Part shown: positions 9,955 to 19,179 of the stretch, piece by piece | Position numbering within the stretch: position 1 is the stretch's first letter | Layout of the letters: each line of letters opens with the position of its first letter | NCBI GenBank assembly: GCA_965215275.1 | Contig: OZ244044.1 | Span: forward strand, 896,001 to 960,000 | Reading direction: 5' to 3' | Source: Thermodesulfobacteriota bacterium | GTDB taxonomy: Bacteria > Desulfobacterota_D > UBA1144 > Nemesobacterales > JAJCZQ01 | Length of the DNA stretch: 64,000 bases | Notes under the pieces: model-generated | What the model was told of the DNA's origin: nothing | The model's input: only the letters and a program-made list of their open reading frames with translations | The model's database searches: none | Position numbers and translations under genes: made by a program

Positions 9955-11079
9955 TTATTGATCGATCACGATAGCCTCTCTGGCAGAGGGAAATTCCCTT
10001 ATCTTGATCCCTAAAACGATCCCGACCGCTATAAAGGCAGTAACGACCGATGACCCTCCATAGCTGAAGAACAGTAAAGGCACACCGATTACGGGCAGAA
10101 GCCCAAGGACCATGCCGACGTTAAGGCATGCATGCCAGAAAAAGAGCATAGCTACGCCCAGAGAGGTCACCATCGAGAACTTATCCCTTGCGGAACTTGC
10201 CACGTCAACTATAAAAAGAAGGAGCAGAAAATAGATCACCAGTACAGAAGCCGCACCTGCAAAACCCCATTCCTCTGCAAGGACGGAGAAGGCAAAGTCC
10301 GTTCTCTGTTCAGGTATGAACCTGAGCTGGGACTGCGTGCCGGAACCAAACCCCTTGCCTTTCAGTTTACCCGAACCGACAGCGATCTGGGACTGCAGGG
10401 AGTTATATCCCGCCCCATGAGGGTCCTGCAGTGGATCGACAAAGGTCAGTATCCTTTCCCTCTGATAGTCCTTAAAAAAGAAATGCCAGGTAGGTACGGA
10501 TACAAGGACCAGCATGGCCAGGAGCATCAGAAGGGACCTTCTTTCTATCCCTATAAAGACCAGAAGCGACCCGAATATCAGCAGTATCACCAGCAGAGTG
10601 CCAAAATCAGGCTGTATGACCATAAGCACGCAGACAGGCACGATGAAAGATATAGGCTCTATCAGATTACCCAGGCTGAAAGACCCGTCCTTAAAACTGT
10701 TATGATAGAACCGGGCAAGGACCAGTATCACGGCGATCTTCACGAACTCGGAAGGCTGAACCGACAGACTTCCGACGGTTATCCAGCTCCTAGAACCAGA
10801 CACCTCCTTACCGAACACGATCACAACGACCAGCGCAAGTACGGAAATAAAGTACATGTGAAGGACGTATCTCCTTACAGTGCCCGCGGAGATGAACGCC
10901 ATCGCCGTCATTGCGGCTATACCAACGCCGAACCATATAAGCTGCTTTTTAAAAATGTAAAATCCTGAGTGAAGCGATATGCTGTAAAGATTAACTGCTC
11001 CAAGTGCCGACAGGAGCAACGGCAGGACTATGACCGGCCAGGTAAAGTTCTTCAGGATCCTCCTGTTTAACATGGACAT
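9955..11079 (-). CDS. rodA: Rod shape-determining SEDS protein RodA
   Basis: QPSEFVK, QPDFGT, YQRERI, GYNSLQSQIAVGSG, PEQRTDF and SYGGSS. Confidence 0.96.
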   Translation of the reverse strand: MSMLNRRILKNFTWPVIVLPLLLSALGAVNLYSISLHSGFYIFKKQLIWFGVGIAAMTAMAFISAGTVRRYVLHMYFISVLALVVVIVFGKEVSGSRSWITVGSLSVQPSEFVKIAVILVLARFYHNSFKDGSFSLGNLIEPISFIVPVCVLMVIQPDFGTLLVILLIFGSLLVFIGIERRSLLMLLAMLVLVSVPTWHFFFKDYQRERILTFVDPLQDPHGAGYNSLQSQIAVGSGKLKGKGFGSGTQSQLRFIPEQRTDFAFSVLAEEWGFAGAASVLVIYFLLLLFIVDVASSARDKFSMVTSLGVAMLFFWHACLNVGMVLGLLPVIGVPLLFFSYGGSSVVTAFIAVGIVLGIKIREFPSAREAIVIDQ

Positions 11080-11086
11080 TTTTCAG

Positions 11087-12892
11087 TTACCTTCCGCTCG
11101 TCGTTCTGATCTGCCGATACTTCTCGATCACCTTTTTTGCAACGGGAGCGGCAACCCTTCCTCCCTTACCTCCATGCTCTATCAGAACGGTCACGGCGAT
11201 CTCCGGGGACCGTGCGGGATAGTATGAAGTAAACCACGCGTGGTCTTCGTGGATCGGATTATCGGTCTGCAGTTCACGCGAGACGACCTGAGAGGTCCCC
11301 GTTTTACCAGCCACCATGTTCCTGCCTACCATTGCCCGTGAACCCGTACCAAGTATATCATTTACCGCCCCGACGAGAGAGTTCTGCAGATGCTGCAGTT
11401 CCTGATCGTCAAAGGGAAGCCTGTTTACGACCTCAGGTGAAAAAAGCCGGGTCCTTTCACCTTCACTCGAAACGACCTCACGGACTATCTGAGGCCTGAG
11501 CAGTACCCCTCCATTAGCAACAGCCGCCGTCATCATCGCCACCTGAAGGGGAGTGACCGTTAAGTACCCCTGCCCTATGGAAGCGATAATGGTCTCACCC
11601 GGATACCATATTTCCTTATGTACCCTGTTCTTCCAGGATCTGGTCGGCACAAGTCCGTCCTCTTCGCTGATCTCGATACCCGTCGCTTTTCCAAAGCCAA
11701 AGAGCCTTGCGTACTCCGAGAGCGTATCTATACCGAGCTTTTCACCAAGGGTGTAGAAAAAGACGTCACAGGACTGCACCATGGCCGAATGCATATTTAC
11801 CCACCCATGTCCCGAGTGCTTCCAGCAGCGGAACTTCTTTTCGCCAAAGGAGTAATGACCGGGACAGAGGAACTCCGTCTCGGGGGTAATTATCTTTTCT
11901 CTGAGACCGGCCAGTGCCGTGACGATCTTAAAGACCGAACCGGGCAGGTATACTCCCTGAGCTGATCTGTTAAGCATTGGTTTGGACGGGTCGTTCACCA
12001 GTTCGTTCCATTTCTGAAAATCGATCCCTCCAACGAAGCTGTCAGGCGTGAACGAGGGACTTGCGGCCATTGCCAGAATACCTCCCGTGTTCACGTCCAC
12101 CACGATAACGGAACCTATTTTACCGGAATCCGACAGCATTTCTTCAGCGACCTTCTGCAGGCCGGAATCAACCGTCAGGAACACGTCACTGCCGGAGATG
12201 GTCTCTTTATTCGGGAACTGGACCTGAAAAAGGTTCGACTGAACCTCCCGTCCCATTACGTCAACGGTCTGATACTTTATACCGCTCGTTCCTCTCAGTA
12301 TGTCCTCTCTGCTCTTTTCTATTCCCGTTTTTCCCAAAATGGAAACGAACGCCGTGTCAGGATGGACCCGAAGGTCTTCTTCAGTGGGCTTTCCCAGGTA
12401 ACCAAGGATAAATGCTCCCAGTTTACCTCCGGGATAATCTCTTAAATAGCTCACCTCTATTGCCACGCCCGAGAGCATTGGCTTGATGGTCTCGATCGCG
12501 ATCAGTGCGTCCCTGCCGATGTCCCTTGCGATGGTTACCGGAAAAAAGGAATTCTGCTCCTTGGCTTCCACTATGCGTTTTGCTATCTCCTGCTGACTTT
12601 CATCAAGATAAGAGGAGATCAGCTCCGAGACGGCATCCGGGTCGCTTATCTCTTTAGGGAATATCTTTACGTTAAAAGAGGCCCTGTCCACGACCAGTGG
12701 CTCACCGTTCCTGTCAAAGATGCTGCCCCTTGGAGCAAATTCCTTAATTACCCGTATACGATTCTGTACCGAGAACTTCTCGTAGTCATCCCCTTTAAGG
12801 ATCTGCAGGTACACAAGCCTCAGCATAAAGACCAGAAATATGCTCCCTATCAGTATTATGGAGATAAAGAATTTACTTTTGTATTCTCGCAT
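11087..12892 (-). CDS. mrdA: Penicillin-binding protein 2
   Basis: APRGSIFDRNG, GSVFK (SxxK), SCD and KTGT motifs; adjacent to rodA. Confidence 0.95.
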   Translation of the reverse strand: MREYKSKFFISIILIGSIFLVFMLRLVYLQILKGDDYEKFSVQNRIRVIKEFAPRGSIFDRNGEPLVVDRASFNVKIFPKEISDPDAVSELISSYLDESQQEIAKRIVEAKEQNSFFPVTIARDIGRDALIAIETIKPMLSGVAIEVSYLRDYPGGKLGAFILGYLGKPTEEDLRVHPDTAFVSILGKTGIEKSREDILRGTSGIKYQTVDVMGREVQSNLFQVQFPNKETISGSDVFLTVDSGLQKVAEEMLSDSGKIGSVIVVDVNTGGILAMAASPSFTPDSFVGGIDFQKWNELVNDPSKPMLNRSAQGVYLPGSVFKIVTALAGLREKIITPETEFLCPGHYSFGEKKFRCWKHSGHGWVNMHSAMVQSCDVFFYTLGEKLGIDTLSEYARLFGFGKATGIEISEEDGLVPTRSWKNRVHKEIWYPGETIIASIGQGYLTVTPLQVAMMTAAVANGGVLLRPQIVREVVSSEGERTRLFSPEVVNRLPFDDQELQHLQNSLVGAVNDILGTGSRAMVGRNMVAGKTGTSQVVSRELQTDNPIHEDHAWFTSYYPARSPEIAVTVLIEHGGKGGRVAAPVAKKVIEKYRQIRTTSGR

Positions 12893-13364
12893 TTATCCTG
12901 TCGAACAGTTCAAAGGCCAGCACACCCACCAGGGAATTACTGATCACCTGGGTTAATATGATACCGGCAGAGATGTTGAATCCATCTGCAAGCTGTACAA
13001 GGACCACCAGCCAGACAAAAAACCACACGTATACGGTACCCAGAGAAAGTGCAAGCAGCTTTGATAAAACATCTTCAAAATCAAAATAGTCCGTCACTCT
13101 TTTTAATATAACAAAAAGGCTCAGCCTTGAAAAAGTATTGAAGCCGATCGCATAACCCGACGACATATCCGCCAGATAACCGTTCAGTATCACTATCAGT
13201 ATACCAAACGGCAGATTTCTGCTTATGGATATATAGATCACCAGTATGAGGTTCAGGTCCGGAACGTAGCGGTTATCTATCAGCGGAAAGAACAGACTGG
13301 ACTGCAGAACGTTAATGGCAAGACTGAAGAGTACCAAAGCAGCAAAGATCAGTGCTTTTTTCAT
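12873..13364 (-). CDS. mreD: Rod shape-determining protein MreD
   Basis: Hydrophobic 163-aa protein with VPDLNLILV and GYLAD motifs; directly upstream of mrdA. Confidence 0.85.
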   Translation of the reverse strand: MKKALIFAALVLFSLAINVLQSSLFFPLIDNRYVPDLNLILVIYISISRNLPFGILIVILNGYLADMSSGYAIGFNTFSRLSLFVILKRVTDYFDFEDVLSKLLALSLGTVYVWFFVWLVVLVQLADGFNISAGIILTQVISNSLVGVLAFELFDRINARIQK

Positions 13365-13429
13365 TTCCTGTACCGACCGGTCTGAGGACCGTATACACCA
13401 GTAATCAGGATAATCAGAAAATTAAACAT

Positions 13430-14040
13430 TTAAAGTTTAGTATTCCTTCCTGTAAACCGGCTCCAGTATCCTGTACCACTTTCTCTGCCAAAAGAAACAG
13501 TATCACCTGCAGCATATTTTAAGTCTTCAGTGGTTTGCTCAAATTACCCGGGTTCCGTTCTGGCATCTGTGAATTATGGATCTATCTTTACAGCCTGGTC
13601 AAGGTCCCTGTTTGCTTCTCTGTAAGGTTCCTCCTGCTGTCGTTATATTTATCCAGCTGCCCAAGATGGGATCTATCTCCTCCTCTCTGGTTGTACTCGT
13701 TCGAGAATTACGGATAGCTGTTGATAAAACTTTAGTAAAACTCCGTATATGCATTTTGTGGACCTTTTCTTTTGTGCTCCTACAAACCCATGAATATCGC
13801 TGCAGATGATTCTCGTTGATATATTGTGAGGTTTTTTCAGATGATCCAATATGTCCTTCAGTCCTGCTGGAACACGAACTGCCTTTTATGGTTATTAAAA
13901 TCCTTTTGGCAGCTGGATAAAACATCCTTCTGATCGGTGGTGTGTTCTGCTGGAACGTACTGTTCTGTAATTCGGTATTAAAACGACAGAAATAACTTCC
14001 ATGAACAGGACCACCCCTCACGTACCAGCAACTAAAGAGG
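13430..14040 (-). pseudogene. Decayed FRG-domain/TPR protein remnant (C-terminal part)
   Basis: Fragments in shifting frames: KDILDHLKKPHNISTRIICSDIHGFVGAQ (FRG C-terminal-like) and YREANRDLDQAVKIDP*FTDA (TPR). Confidence 0.45.
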
Positions 14041-14118
14041 AACTATCTACAACTTTCTTACAACCTGACCATGATACAGTTCAGGACAAGAGATAAAAAA
14101 GGATAAACGGTATCTTGT

Positions 14119-14685
14119 TCACTGAGGTATATTCTTCTCTTGCTTCAATTTTCTTGATTCATCCATTTTTAATCTATTTCTTTTGATTAAATCCATTAAT
14201 CTATCTCTTTTTCTCATTCCTTCTAATAAGAATTCTCCGATTTTGCTCCTTTCTTCGGGAAATTTTGTATCAGGACGCTCTTCTTTATATAACTGTTCTA
14301 ACTCAGAAAACTTATCAAGATGATCAGGTATAGAAGCAAAGAACTCGTTAGCATCCTTTATTATATTCTGCTTACTGTCTTGCAGCATTTTCAATAACCT
14401 CAGCTGTTGAGCAGAAGGGAGATCTTCTAGTTTTCCTGTCAAGTTCTCTTCTAATCTATTAATATCACTATCTAATTTATCTAACTTATTCAGGTCAGTA
14501 GAACGGCGTTTAGTAAGAGCAATAAGTGATGAATAAGAACTTTTTACTAAAACCATGCTTAATTTATTCATATTAGCTTTTTCTATATTATCTTCATAGT
14601 CTTTAATCATTCCATACGTTATTTCATCAAGAGCAGCTTTGAGCCTGCTATCATTTGAAACTATACCCATTGAAATTAAATCCAT
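14119..14685 (-). CDS. Hypothetical coiled-coil protein
   Basis: 188-aa AT-rich ORF with GAGAGG RBS; heptad-rich. Confidence 0.7.
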   Translation of the reverse strand: MDLISMGIVSNDSRLKAALDEITYGMIKDYEDNIEKANMNKLSMVLVKSSYSSLIALTKRRSTDLNKLDKLDSDINRLEENLTGKLEDLPSAQQLRLLKMLQDSKQNIIKDANEFFASIPDHLDKFSELEQLYKEERPDTKFPEERSKIGEFLLEGMRKRDRLMDLIKRNRLKMDESRKLKQEKNIPQ

Positions 14686-14691
14686 AACAAT

Positions 14692-14885
14692 TTACCTCTC
14701 TATTAATTTAGTTACTTCATTTCTACGATCAGTTTTCATCTTGACCATATATTCTGTGCTGTCTGATACCACCACATAGAGGGGCAAAAACTCATATTTA
14801 TTGAAAATATTACCATATATAGTAACCGAAATTCATGAACTTATCAAGCTTTTTTCGGTTACTGGACATCAGAGCATATGATCAT
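14692..14885 (-). repeat. Repeated leader, copy A (promoter TTGATA-N17-TACTAT inside an 11-bp inverted repeat)
   Basis: Near-identical to 17160-17330 and partly to 16275-16340 and 15821-15847. Inverted repeat AGTAACCGAAA at 14821-14831 / TTTCGGTTACT at 14853-14863. Confidence 0.85.
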
Positions 14886-15278
14886 CTTAAATATATTTAT
14901 GTAAAGAAAAAGAAGGGAAGTATGATGACAGCAAGAAGATCATATCAGAAGGGTTAGTATTCCCTATAGATGAGAATATTGGGTTAAATAAAGAACTATA
15001 TAATGAAAAGGATCTGAGTCTGCTGTTAAGAAAATATGTTTATTTTCAAAGGGGTTATAATATCCTGTTTATCTGATAAAGCACATTATATTCCCTGAAT
15101 CTAATTACTTCATTAACATCATCATTGTTATTAAATCTTTAAACACAATATCGCTTACTTTTGAACGTGTAAATAAACCTTCCTTGTGCAGGTATTCCAT
15201 TATCTCTAAAATCTTTTCTTTGCTCATTCCAGTTCATTACAGAAACGGTCGGATCAAACATTTGTTTAGTCTTGTTCA

Positions 15279-15764
15279 TTAACTCCCATTTTTTTCTTTT
15301 TTGATCAAGTCATCTAAACTTTTAACAATATTTACAATGAGTTCCATCTGTGTATTAAGTTGGTTTATGTCTGTAGTAAGTTGGCTTATGTCCGTATTAA
15401 GTTGGCTTATGTTTGCCGACTGAGTGGCAAACTTTTTGTTTATATCTTCCGACTGAGAAGACAACTGAAAAACCAATTTTTCAGCAAAATCTTTTTTAAC
15501 TTCCTCAACCTTGTCTGAATATTCTTTTAACATTTCCTTCTCCTTGATACTTAATTGGTTGTCTATGTATATCCTAACAAATAAAAACACACCACCAACT
15601 ATTGATGTTGCTAATACCACAAACGCAATTAAATCTTCTTCTAATAGGTCAGAATAATTACAATAAATATATCTACCGAAAACATATATACCAAGTATAA
15701 GATATAAGAATACTAATTTAGCTGTCCAAAGGTCTATTATATTTCTAATATTTTTACGATTCAT
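15279..15764 (-). CDS. 2-TM + coiled-coil hypothetical protein (paralog of the 55.3-55.7 kb and 56.6-57.0 kb ORFs)
   Basis: Two hydrophobic segments, then TSIVGGVFLFVRIYI..QLSIKEKEM; internal heptad repeats SQLNTDI/SQLTTDI/NQLNTQM. Confidence 0.75.
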   Translation of the reverse strand: MNRKNIRNIIDLWTAKLVFLYLILGIYVFGRYIYCNYSDLLEEDLIAFVVLATSIVGGVFLFVRIYIDNQLSIKEKEMLKEYSDKVEEVKKDFAEKLVFQLSSQSEDINKKFATQSANISQLNTDISQLTTDINQLNTQMELIVNIVKSLDDLIKKEKNGS

Positions 15765-15916
15765 AATACCATTTATTGCTTGATATGTTGAGTAATTTCT
15801 GTACTAAAGCATATTATTCTCTAATTTAATTACTTCATTTCTACGATTTGATACACAATCTGTTGTTTATATACTTTCTCAAGATGACTTAATCTCTTTT
15901 GGTTTGTTATCATCTA

Positions 15917-16261
15917 TTAATGCACATGCGTGGGTTCAGACATATTTAATGGTTTCAACTTGTCGTCTTTTACATTACTATAATTCTGTAATGTAAACTC
16001 ATTTACCAGATTAGTATGTATTGAATATATACTCCCTGTTTTACTTTCTCTCCAAGTAAGCCATTTATTTTCATCATCCATTGTGATATAACCACGTCTT
16101 CTTGTCTTCACATAATCCCTTTTATGAAAGGTTAAAGTACTAAAACCATCATTGGCATTATAATAAACAACCAATACATCATATTTTCCACTTTTAAATA
16201 CCTCTACTGCTTCCTTTAGACTTGCTACTTGGTTCATTACACGTGCTTCCTCCTTAAACAA
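15917..16261 (-). CDS. Hypothetical protein
   Basis: 114-aa ORF directly behind leader copy C; a GGAGG RBS precedes the internal start MNQVAS. Confidence 0.6.
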   Translation of the reverse strand: MFKEEARVMNQVASLKEAVEVFKSGKYDVLVVYYNANDGFSTLTFHKRDYVKTRRRGYITMDDENKWLTWRESKTGSIYSIHTNLVNEFTLQNYSNVKDDKLKPLNMSEPTHVH

Positions 16262-16274
16262 ATAACAAACAGTA

Positions 16275-16340
16275 TACAGTAACCAAAATTCACGAACTTA
16301 TCAAGCTTTTTCGGTTATTGTATATCAGAGCATATGATCA
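16275..16340 (-). repeat. Repeated leader, copy C (promoter part only)
   Basis: AGTAACCAAAATTCACGAACTTATCAAGCTTTTTCGGTTATTG...ATCAGAGCATATGATCA matches copy A. Confidence 0.85.
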
Positions 16341-16411
16341 CCAAACAAAATGTATTTAGGGATTTAAAATCAACTCAGGATGAGTTGATCTATATATATC
16401 TATAATTATTT

Positions 16412-17155
16412 TCAACAATCCAGTTCAAACATACGAATTGCTTGTTGTGTATCCTTAACCTTTATAAACAATTCTATTGATGCTCTGATTATTTCTTGGT
16501 CATCATTACTTTCGCAATCACTCATAAAAGGATGTTCTTCTTCTACATAACAAATATCTAAAAAATCTTTATTAATCACTAATATTTCATCTTCAGATAC
16601 CGCTGAATAATCACATAACATATCGGTTAATATCATATTATCATCTTGATCATATAACTGAAATTTTTTAGAAAATGAAAAACGGTATTCGTAATTTATA
16701 TCTTGTTTACACTCAGACTTAATCTGTTTACTAAAATGTCTTTCACTCTTATAGTTTAGAACTAAAACATATTTAGATTTAAGATTTAGATATTCAGAAT
16801 CTAATTGTAATTTATCTTGTGGATTTAATGTTGTTTTACCAGAATAAACAGCATGTTCTTTAATCATTTTAAAGAAAGTATTAAATAGTTTATGATTAAA
16901 TCTTGATTTAAAAATTTTATCAAAACTTATATATGTTGTATTAACTCTTTTACCTTCATAAACTGTATTTGGTTCTAATAAATCAGATATCTTTGTATCT
17001 GGAGGAAAAGGAAACCTATCCGCAACAGTTTTAACATCATCACTACTTTCATAATTATCTATATCATCCTTACTTATGGGTTTTGGATCTAAACCTACAT
17101 CTGATAAAATAGATTTCTTTATAAAGTCATTAATATCTAAATATAAATCTAACAT
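16412..17155 (-). CDS. Hypothetical protein, possibly a degenerate phage major capsid derivative
   Basis: Intact 247-aa ORF with AGGAG RBS; weak resemblance to SU10/DUF5309 capsids at both ends. Confidence 0.6.
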   Translation of the reverse strand: MLDLYLDINDFIKKSILSDVGLDPKPISKDDIDNYESSDDVKTVADRFPFPPDTKISDLLEPNTVYEGKRVNTTYISFDKIFKSRFNHKLFNTFFKMIKEHAVYSGKTTLNPQDKLQLDSEYLNLKSKYVLVLNYKSERHFSKQIKSECKQDINYEYRFSFSKKFQLYDQDDNMILTDMLCDYSAVSEDEILVINKDFLDICYVEEEHPFMSDCESNDDQEIIRASIELFIKVKDTQQAIRMFELDC

Positions 17156-17159
17156 TACT

Positions 17160-17330
17160 TTAATCTCCTAATTTAATTATTTCATTTCTACGATCAGCTT
17201 TCATTTTCATCTTGACCATATATTCTTTTCTATCTGACACCACCACATATAGTGGCAAAAACTCATATCTACTGAAAATACCACTATATACAGTAACCGA
17301 TATTCAGGAACTTATCAAGTTTTTTTTCGG
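17160..17330 (-). repeat. Repeated leader, copy D, truncated by the IS1595 element
   Basis: Matches copy A up to TTTTCGG (17330), where the IS end begins. Confidence 0.85.
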
Positions 17331-17429
17331 GGGATATACAATAATGACGAAACTCCAAATAAATAGTTGACAAACTGTAGTTTTGTCACTATTACAGGTA
17401 AGAAAGTTAAATAATTGTGAGGGAGTTAT

Positions 17430-18236
17430 ATGTCAAAGAAAGCACCTGGGAAATCATACAGGAAAGGGATATCGTTAGTAAAGTTATTCAGGAAATTCCC
17501 TTCTGATGCTGTTGCAGAGGAATGGTTTGTAAAACAGAGGTGGGGAAAGGAACCCGTTTGTCCGTATTGTGGGACAAAAAACGTTCAAACAGGGACTGGT
17601 CATAAGACCATGCCGTACAGGTGCAGAGAAAAAGGATGTTCAAAATGGTTCAGTGTAAGGAGCAGGACAGTTATGCAGTCTTCTAATATCAAGTATCAGG
17701 CTTGGGCAGTGGCTATATATCTTTTTACCACGTCATTAAAGGGAGTATCAAGTATGAAGCTGCATAGAGATCTGGATATTACGCATAGGTCAGCATGGCA
17801 TTTATCGCATCGTATCAGAGAGGCATGGAACAGAGAAGAACTGCAAGTGTTTACAGGTTCCGTGGAGGCAGATGAGACGTTTACAGGTGGAAAAGAGAGA
17901 AACAAGCATAACAACAAGCGTAGTCATACACGAGGACCTGGAGTGAAGTCCATTATTGTAGGAATGAAGAACAGAGAGACAAACAGGGTAATAGCACAAC
18001 CAGTTTCTGAACGGAGTAAAGAGGAAATACAGGGTTTTATAGTTAAGAACGCAGGTCGGGGAGTAAAAATATATACCGATGATCATAAAAGCTATACCGG
18101 GTTGTTGCCTTATGACCATGAGAGCGTGAATCATAGTGTAAGGGAGTACGTTAAAGAGCAGGCACATGTAAACGGAGTGGAATCGTTCTAGGCAATGTAT
18201 GGAAAAACCTTGCCTTATAAAGAACTGATAAGGTAA
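17430..18236 (+). pseudogene. IS1595 DDE transposase with premature stop and internal deletion
   Basis: Zn ribbon CPYCG..YRCREKGC, VEADET, YTDD and NGVESF* (TAG where W is expected), followed in frame by AMYGKTLPYKELIR*, the usual C-terminus. Confidence 0.9.
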
Positions 18237-18237
18237 G

Positions 18238-18477
18238 ATGAATAATGTTATAGGATAAAAAACAGACAAAAAAATAAAAGAAACTTACAATGACGGACAA
18301 GAAATAATAATAGAGATCTTACTAGGAAGTTATGAACCAACAGAAGAAGAGAAAGAGCATCCGTTTGCTATTGATACAACTCCGCAAAAGTTAGCAAAAG
18401 CTATCCTCCAACCTGTCAACGTTAAAAAGAAGGATGTAAAGAAACACATTGCTGAACGTTCAAAAAACAAGAAATAA
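18238..18477 (+). pseudogene. Small IS passenger gene with an in-frame stop
   Basis: MNNVIG*KTDKK...SYEPTEEEKEHPFAIDTTPQKLAKAILQPV reads in a single frame with one TAA. Confidence 0.5.
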
Positions 18478-18555
18478 TCCAGGCTTCGTCACTATTGTAT
18501 ATAATTCCCAAAATTAGATTAGATTTGTTCTATTATAAAATCAGGAGATTTTAAA

Positions 18556-19179
18556 ATGTGTTATGAAGTTCCAGGTGGTTGGTTTCATAATCAAGATTTG
18601 TTAGATGTATATAAAGAAATTGATGTGTCAACATTATATCCATTTTTAGAAGAATTAAGAAAAAAGGTAGATGATAACAACGATTTAAAGCTAAATGAAG
18701 AGGTAAACCGTGAACTTTATAACTTTGTTCATTCAACAATCAATAAACAATTTTCAGTAGAAGTAAGAGACTTGACTTTGTTGTTATATCTTAAATTATT
18801 TAAACTTCCTATAGATGAAGTTCCTGAAACACATTTTCAGTTAAATGATGGGGATAAGTATAATCTATGTGGTCAGATAAAACATATATGGTTTAGAGAT
18901 GATATTTCTATTGATAAAAAATTTGATATAGTTGAGTTTGTAATTCAATCGTTTCGGGATAAAGATCGTAAGGAATATGTTATAAAAGGTTTTAGGGATT
19001 TATTTGAAAAAGAAGATGCATTTTATAAAGATGATAATTCCCGTTTTAATATATCTTTTAATTGGAAATCTATATTAAGAAAAATTTTATTATTAAGATA
19101 TTTACCTATTGATTTATGGGAAAAATTCCGTGAACATTTAAATCCTGATGCATGTATTTATAATAAACAAAGGGAATAA
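18556..19179 (+). CDS. Hypothetical protein
   Basis: 207-aa ORF with AGGAG RBS; no motif recognised. Confidence 0.7.
   Translation: MCYEVPGGWFHNQDLLDVYKEIDVSTLYPFLEELRKKVDDNNDLKLNEEVNRELYNFVHSTINKQFSVEVRDLTLLLYLKLFKLPIDEVPETHFQLNDGDKYNLCGQIKHIWFRDDISIDKKFDIVEFVIQSFRDKDRKEYVIKGFRDLFEKEDAFYKDDNSRFNISFNWKSILRKILLLRYLPIDLWEKFREHLNPDACIYNKQRE

Larger units (their letters stand above)
17331..18509 (+). mobile_element. IS1595-family element (ISNwi1-like ends), inactivated
   Basis: Left end GGGA----TATACAATAATGACGAAACT versus right end (rc) GGGAATTATATACAATAGTGACGAAGCC; encloses a transposase and a small passenger gene. Confidence 0.85.

Noticed and set aside
13599..14021. Intact 140-aa gene or IS1595 fragment (NHLQRY)
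   Set aside because: Better protein-like signal (FRG/TPR) lies in other, broken frames, and no DDE motifs are present.
14821..14863. Integron attC site
   Set aside because: Only 43 bp, ends do not fit RYYYAAC/GTTRRRY, it lies upstream of genes over a promoter, and there is no integrase in the window.
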